The position numbers and the translations under genes are program-made. DNA of 64,000 nucleotides. It comes from the human T2T-CHM13v2.0 reference genome, Homo sapiens. Under the pieces are notes generated by a model. That model was not told where the DNA came from and made no database searches. It saw only the letters and a list, made by a program, of their open reading frames with translations. Below are positions 56,801 to 64,000 of the stretch, piece by piece (the stretch's first letter is position 1; every line of letters begins with the position of its first letter). The DNA lies in NCBI RefSeq assembly GCF_009914755.1, contig NC_060925.1; one strand, given 5' to 3'.

Positions 56801-57221
56801 CTCAGATCTGTCTGCCACTTTGTCTTCAGGTCATTGTTTAAGCCAGGGTCAGGCAGACTGGCCCATAGACTAAATCTGGCCCATTTCCTGTGTTTGCAAA
56901 TAAACTTTTATTGAAATATGGCCAAGTTCTTTTGTTTACATATATTTGTAGCGGTTTTTGCATTACACTGGCAGAGTTTTTATAAAGTTGCAACAGATCA
57001 TATGGCCCTCAAAACTTTCTGTTTACTCTCTGGCCCTTTATTGGAAATGTTTGCTGGCTACTGCTCTAAGCCACCCTGATCTTACCCCAGGCCATTTCCT
57101 TCATTTGGGCAAATAATATACTAACTTGGTAATCTAAGACAAATTCTTAAAAATCAATAAGCTAATCAAAATAATAAATATACATGTTTAAAAATCAAAT
57201 GACATTAAAAGCCTCGTAATG

Positions 57222-57524
57222 GGCCAGGTGTGGTGCCTCACACCTGTCATCCCAGCACTTTGGGAGGCCGAGGTGGGTGGATCACTTGAGGGCAGGAGTT
57301 CAAGCCAGCCTGGCCAACACAGTAAAACCCCATCTCTACTAAAAATACAAAAATTAGCCGAGTGTGGTGGCTCATTCCTCTAGTCCTAGCTACTCAGGAG
57401 GCTGAGCCAGGAGAATTATTTGAACATGGGAGCCGGAGGTTGCAGTGAGCTGAGATCACACCACTGCACTCCAGCCCAGGCAACAGAGCAAGACTCCATC
57501 TCAAAAAAAAAAAAAAAAAAAAAA
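57222..57524 (+). mobile_element. Alu (AluS-type) with TSD
   Basis: TSD-like AAAAGCCTCGTAATG / AAAGGCCTTGTAATG. Confidence 0.95.
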
Positions 57525-59125
57525 GGCCTTGTAATGAGCAACCAACTCTTGTCTTACTCTACGTCCACATCTGAGGGAATCACTTTTAATCTTTTCAGGT
57601 CTTTTTTCTTGTGGTTAATGCTATAGCTCTAAATAATCAACTGGTTTACTGCTTTATCAATGCTAGATTTTGTTGACTTTCTGCTGTGAATAAATAAATT
57701 CTGATTTAGGTCTTAAAATACACCTCCTTCCTTCTCCCAATATAGTTGTATTACTATGTTTAGTTCAATTAATAAGGTGTTGGTTATGACTCAGTAAATG
57801 TTCACTGCAGATCTAAACAGTATACTATGAGTTTCTTTTGTCTTTCATGGAGTTTTTAATAACAAGAAAGTAATAGTGACTCTCCATTCGTACTTTGTTT
57901 TTGCCTACTATAGAACTATCATATAAGATTATTTTTTAAAGTACTGTTTTTTTCTGGGAGAAGTCCTACCCTCTTTCTAGACATTCCCTTCTCCTGCTCT
58001 GATATGTGCCAGTGGCTTCTGGGTGTGTTGTTCTCATCCTTAAACTTCCCTGGCCTGATGTCCTTTGTCGGATCTGTTGATTTATAGATCCCAAGTCTTC
58101 CTTTTCTTTGTAATACATCCTCATTCTGTTCTGCATATCTCTAAGTAACTTTATTAGAAGGAGAATGAAGGAGCTGAATTTTGAGTCTTCCTGTGTCTAC
58201 AACGTATTCTGTCTTCACACATAGTTGCTTGTGTAGCTAGGTTGAGAATTGTACTTTGAAAAGTATTTTCCTGTAGAATTGGAAGATTATACTCTTCTAG
58301 CATCTGGAGTTGGGAAGTTTTGTGCCATTCTGATGGGTGTTCCTTTGAATTTAACTCTTTTATTTTCTTCTCTGGTAGCTTTTAGGCTTTCTTGTACCTC
58401 ATGATCTGAATTTTTATTCTGTACCCTCATTACTTGCTGTTTCATTATAATGTGGGCACTTGATTGGTTCTGTCTGAGGATCCTAGTCTTTTGAGATCTT
58501 TAAGAAGTTCCGCAATCTTAATATTACATGGTGTGGCTTCCTTCAGGAGTTTGTTAGGGATTTGGAAATTCCCAAATATTCTGCTAACTTATACCCTTGA
58601 GAGAGGGGAGAATAAACAGAGGAGTGAATGTGAACTTCAGAATTCCTAGCTTCATAGTCTAAATAGAAATCTTCTAAGATCATAAAATGTCCCTAAGAAC
58701 TCATGCTTTACATTATTTTTTTTGGTATTTTTTCTATTGATTCTAAGCATGGAAATGTAGATGGAGATTTTGTTGATGTATTTTCAAATTATGTATCAAT
58801 AATAGTGAAGCTTACTTGATTTCTTTAAAATCTGGTCACTATATCTATAAATACAGTGGACATTAAATGTACAGCATAAGGTAATTATGTGGACTTTAAA
58901 AAGGCATTAAAATATGTGCCATTTTCTATTATTCTGCTCAGTAGCCTCCTAAAAGCGTGTATGAACATGCCCAACCCAGTATTGGGCCTCCGTAGGCGCT
59001 CAATAAATGTTAGTTGATTGCCCCTTTCTGCTTCTAGGTACATAAGCACCATATTAATTTATATAGTATATTTGATTATGTTAGGTTAATGCATAAATCA
59101 CATGGATTGGTTGTTTCTTTTACAG

Positions 59126-59307
59126 ATCACTAAAGTGGTTCTTAGCAAAGGTTGGAGGTGTCTTGAGTGCACTGTGTGTGAGGCCTGTGGGAAGGCAACT
59201 GACCCAGGAAGATTCCTGCTGTGTGATGATTGTGACATAAGTTATCACACCTACTGCCTAGACCCTCCATTGCAGACAGTTCCCAAAGGAGACTGGAAGT
59301 GCAAATG
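59126..59307 (+). pseudogene. KMT2C-like exon 19 (182 bp), PHD finger
   Basis: tacag|ATC...AAATG|gttctc (weak donor); ITKVVLSKGWRCLECTVCEACGKATDPGRFLLCDDCDISYHTYCLDPPLQTVPKGDWKCKW. Confidence 0.93.
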
Positions 59308-59562
59308 GTTCTCTAGGGTTTGTTTGCCTTGTTAGTCTTTCAAGTTCAGAGCTTTCTCATACCACTTTAGTTTTTAAAAATTAGCCATACCTATTTAATT
59401 GAATAATACACATATTCTATGATAGATACCACTAATCAGAAAAATTTTCACATACACATTAAATCATTTGCCCCATTATGTTCGTATGTAGCTTCCTGAA
59501 TTACAGTAACTGAATAACTAAGAAAATAAAATTGAGACTTTTCGGGGGGATTTGGATTTCAG

Positions 59563-59727
59563 GTGTGTTTGGTGCAGACACTGTGGAGCAACATCTGCAG
59601 GTCTAAGATGTGAATGGCAGAACAATTACACACAGTGCGCTCCTTGTGCAAGTTTATCTTCCTGTCCAGTCTGCTATTGAAACTATAGAGAAGAAGATCT
59701 TATTCTGCAATGAAGACAATGTGATAG
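59563..59727 (+). pseudogene. KMT2C-like exon 20 (165 bp) with two nonsense codons
   Basis: ttcag|G...GATAG|gtatt; CVWCRHCGATSAGLRCEWQNNYTQCAPCASLSSCPVCY*NYREEDLILQ*RQCD. Confidence 0.95.
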
Positions 59728-59894
59728 GTATTGTGCTATTTTTTCATCTTTTTAAAGCTTTTCTCTTTGAAATGTAGCAAAAAAAAAAAAAAAGGAAAAT
59801 AGCTTTTCCTTAATCACAAGTTTTAGGTACAGAGCTTTTTGCCTTGTAGATTTTTAGTCACCTAGAAACTTACAGAATTGATTTCCTGTTTTGA

Positions 59895-60242
<348 letters not shown>

Positions 60243-61068
60243 AAGACTGAAGATTTTTAATTTAGGCCTTTTTGAGGGTTTAGGAATCCCTTGAAATTAG
60301 ATGGAGAATTATTGCCTTCATCTATGCTGTTTCTTATGAAGGGTTTCTGAATCTTTTAATAGATTATAAAAAATATCTAACACTTTCTGTTCTCCTTAAA
60401 CCACTTTCTCTTAAAGCTCTAGATACTAGATATCTAGGTATTAGATAGCACCTTCTGCCCTCCCTACGTAATTATGTGGAATTTCAAAATCAAGAATGTT
60501 TCCTTGCTTTCATTGGTATATTGTTGTACTCTTTAGAAGTTAAGCAGTGAACATATATTGATAGTATTATTTTATCAGTAGTACAGTATTCTTGGGACTC
60601 TGGCTACTAATTATCTGTTCCATTGCAAGACAACTTTTTACTTTATTTCCCAATTACCATTCAACATCGCTTTCCATGATATATGTCTACTTCAAGTTAG
60701 ATGCATTGCCTGGAGCCCATATATGCTAGCACTGCCATTTGCCGTTTTCTGAATACCTTTGTGTTTGCCCTAACTAGCTTCCTTGCTGTCTTTGAAATAT
60801 TTAATATATGATGATAAAATAATTAGCTTCCTTATGTAATGTGCTTTGCTTCCTCTCTAATAGTTGTTCTCATTCCTTTTTATTTCCTCCTTAGCTCTAT
60901 GAAAGTTTTTCTGTTAATAGGGATAGTTAGGAGAAAAGGGCAAGGTAGGAGGAGCATGTGAGGCTTAGGGCTTTTAAGTTTGATGACTCAGTGTTACAGG
61001 TTTTAAAAGGTAGCAGTTCTCAGTATATTCCATTTTTTTAAAAAAATGTACAAATATGGTCTTTTTAG

Positions 61069-61178
61069 ATGGATGCATGCAGTTCGTCAGAACTTAAATA
61101 CTGAGGAAGAAGTGGAAAATGTAGCAGACATTGGTTTTGATTGTAACATGTGCAGACCCTATATGCCTGCGTCTAATG
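61069..61178 (+). pseudogene. KMT2C-like exon 21 (110 bp)
   Basis: tttag|A...AATG|gtaag; WMHAVRQNLNTEEEVENVADIGFDCNMCRPYMPASN (HAVC to HAVR removes a Zn ligand). Confidence 0.93.
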
Positions 61179-61686
61179 GTAAGAGAATAATTTAAACTGT
61201 GAGTCTGCACTCTTGTACCACTCACTTGCACCTTACTGTCCATAACCAATGAATTAGCTTAGCTCTACTCTATTTTGTCTTTGTGAAACTTACTTTGACA
61301 AGTATTTTATGAAAAATATTATTGTTGGTTATACATGACTTATCACAACTTGTTATAAAACAATTTACATGAAACAATAAAAAGCATATACTTTAGATGT
61401 AAACTATAATTTTGCTTCCAAGGAACATGATCTTGTAGTTATTGACAATATGTTAAAATCCAATGTGTTGATTCTTTCTTAGCCAGGTTTTCCTCCATGA
61501 CTTGAGTATTTCCTTCATCACTTCTTGTTTTGTTGTTGCTTTAAAAAGTGCTTTTAACTTTAGTGTTCAAACATTTATTTTAATAAAATGAGTATAGAAA
61601 CAGAAATTTTAATCATATGTAAGTATGTAAATACACTCTACCTTTTCTGAAAAGAATTACCTGGATTTTTTTTTTTTTCATTTCAG

Positions 61687-61752
61687 TGCCTTCCTCAGAC
61701 TGCTGTGGATCTTCACTTGTAGCACAAATTGTCACAAAAGTAAAAGAGCTAG
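61687..61752 (+). pseudogene. KMT2C-like exon 22 (66 bp), donor mutated
   Basis: ttcag|TG...CTAG|ttaaaa; VPSSDCCGSSLVAQIVTKVKEL. Confidence 0.9.
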
Positions 61753-62450
61753 TTAAAATTTGAAATGCTTTACTTAATTTAATTAATTTACTTTGCTTAA
61801 TTTTTACATAATTGGCTTACCACTTGTAAAATCTGCTTCAATCATATGGGTGTTCTATCCAAATTCTGTAATGTTGGTAATCATTTCCACAATGATATAT
61901 AAAATGTCATCCAGCTTTACTGGGGCAGTATTCCTATAAATTTCAGCAAGTTGGCAACAAAAATAACAGCTCTTAGAATAACCATTAATGCCATACTTGC
62001 TTTGGTTTCATTGATATATTACTGTGCTTAATTATCAGTTAGCAGAAAATACGGCCTAGTTAGCAAGCAGATTTCTTTTAGAATTAATTCAATCTCTTAA
62101 TTTTTTAAAATAATTAATAAGCCTAGTATGGTGATTAATATGATATTCTTATTAAACAGTCATTCTTTTGAATACTTGTATTTAATAGCACCTGATACAA
62201 AAACATTTGGATAGTACAGAAATTGTTCTAAGGAACAACAGTTTTGTACATTTAAAATTAAATCTGCAGGATTTGTACTTATTTATTACTTCTCCCTATT
62301 AGTAATTATGTTGATACTCTGATTTTTCCAGATGAGCTTCTGGAGTATTCTCTCTTCTCTTGTGTAAATAGATCCCTGCCTTTTGATCTTTTCCAGGAAA
62401 AAGCTCATAGTGGATTAGCTGAGCATTGCATATATTTGCAGTGCTTCTAA

Positions 62451-62782
<332 letters not shown>

Positions 62783-63018
62783 AGGAAGACCATTTTTTAA
62801 AAACATGTAACATTTCTGCCTATAATCCAAGGAAGTTTGACCTATTGTTCCTAGTTTTTATTGGGTATCATGAAATTAATTATTCATGCATTTCATAGAT
62901 ACGTAATTACTTTCTAGAACTACAGTCACATTCCCTTGACATGGGTATTTTGGAACAGTAATCAGTCAAATTTAAAATGAAAGTTTAAATTTGTATTCTT
63001 GGGATTTTGTAATTTTAG

Positions 63019-63231
63019 ACCCACCCAAGACTTATACCCAGGATGGTGTGTGTTTGACTGAATCAGGGAAGACTCAGTTACAGAGCCTCACAGTTACAGT
63101 TCCAAGAAGAAAACTGTCAAAACCAAAACTGAAATTGAAGATTATAAATCAGAATAGCGTGGCCGTCCTTCAGACCCCTCCAGACATCCAATCAGAACAT
63201 TCAAGGGATGGTGATATGGATGATAGTCGAG
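63019..63231 (+). pseudogene. KMT2C-like exon 23 (213 bp)
   Basis: tttag|AC...CGAG|gtaat; DPPKTYTQDGVCLTESGKTQLQSLTVTVPRRKLSKPKLKLKIINQNSVAVLQTPPDIQSEHSRDGDMDDSR. Confidence 0.95.
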
Positions 63232-63726
63232 GTAATACTAATTTATTTTCCGTGAAATATGTGTGCAAGAATTACAGCATATAAAGTAACTTTTGAAATA
63301 TGTGTATGGTTTACCAAAGGGTAAATCACACTGACTTAGATAACCCCGATGTGACCCTTGCCATCTCCAAATGAGTGATCTTCTTAGACCTTGCCTTTTC
63401 GGGTTCTCTTCCTTTCACACATTTTAGAACAGACCTACCTTACAGAAATCTCAAGGAGCACCATATCTTTGAAGATCACAGGTGGGGAAATACAGAGGTC
63501 TTGACTTTAGTTTGCTAGATAACGACACAAACCTTCTCAGATACTGTGAGCTTGGATAATACCATGTTTAAGTTAAGGTAGTTGAGGCATACATTCTAGA
63601 AATGGAAAAGCTGTCATTTAATATTACTTCAGGTATAACTTCATATTCACCAGTGTGCATCATAAAGTATTGGTTTATAAACATTTTCTTAATCAAAGTA
63701 AATATAAGGTTTTTCTAGCTGAATTC

Positions 63727-64000
63727 TTTTTTTTTTTTTTTTTTTTTTTTTGGTTGGGAGACAGGGTCTTGCTCTGTTGCCCAGGTTAGAGTGCAGTGGC
63801 ATGATCTTGGCTTACTACAACCTCTGCCTACTGGGTTCATGCGACCCTCCTACCTCAGCCTCCTGAGTAGCTGGGACCATGGATGTGGGCCCCCACGCCT
63901 GGCTAATTTTTGTATTTTTTTGTAGAGATGGGGTTTTGCCATTTTGCCAAGAGTGGTCTTGAACTCCTGGGCTCAAGCCATCTGCTCTGCTCAGCCTGCT
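63727..64000 (-). mobile_element. Alu (AluJ-type), runs off the window
   Basis: Poly-T plus diverged reverse Alu. Confidence 0.9.

Overview
Primate, almost certainly human, genomic DNA with the mosaic architecture of a pericentromeric or acrocentric segmental-duplication region. Gene and repeat identities are recognised from memory, not from database searches. No intact protein-coding gene, RNA gene or CRISPR array was found. Left to right: (1) 1-19.1 kb, an AT-rich block of old interspersed repeats with a 224-bp tandem duplication and two orphan exon-like elements; (2) 19.1-23.2 kb, a CATTT/CATCATTT satellite containing a ~0.9-kb dimeric higher-order repeat; (3) an unprocessed copy of KSR1 exon 1 with its splice donor (- strand, ~26.0-26.3 kb) abutting (4) a ~0.9-kb GGGGCAAAAAGCCGCGGC tandem repeat/CpG island; (5) 27.4-35.7 kb, repeat-rich sequence with + strand splice signals; (6) a CpG-rich NKAIN1 processed pseudogene (- strand, 36.1-36.7 kb); (7) from ~41.8 kb to the end, an unprocessed partial KMT2C (MLL3) duplicate with nine exons (equivalent to exons 15-23), two nonsense codons and a dead donor. 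No clearly new biological system is demonstrated. The best leads are a possible BAGE-like chimeric transcript or PHD-finger microprotein from the KMT2C copy, a KSR1 coiled-coil read-through microprotein, and the satellite higher-order structure; all need expression or comparative data.
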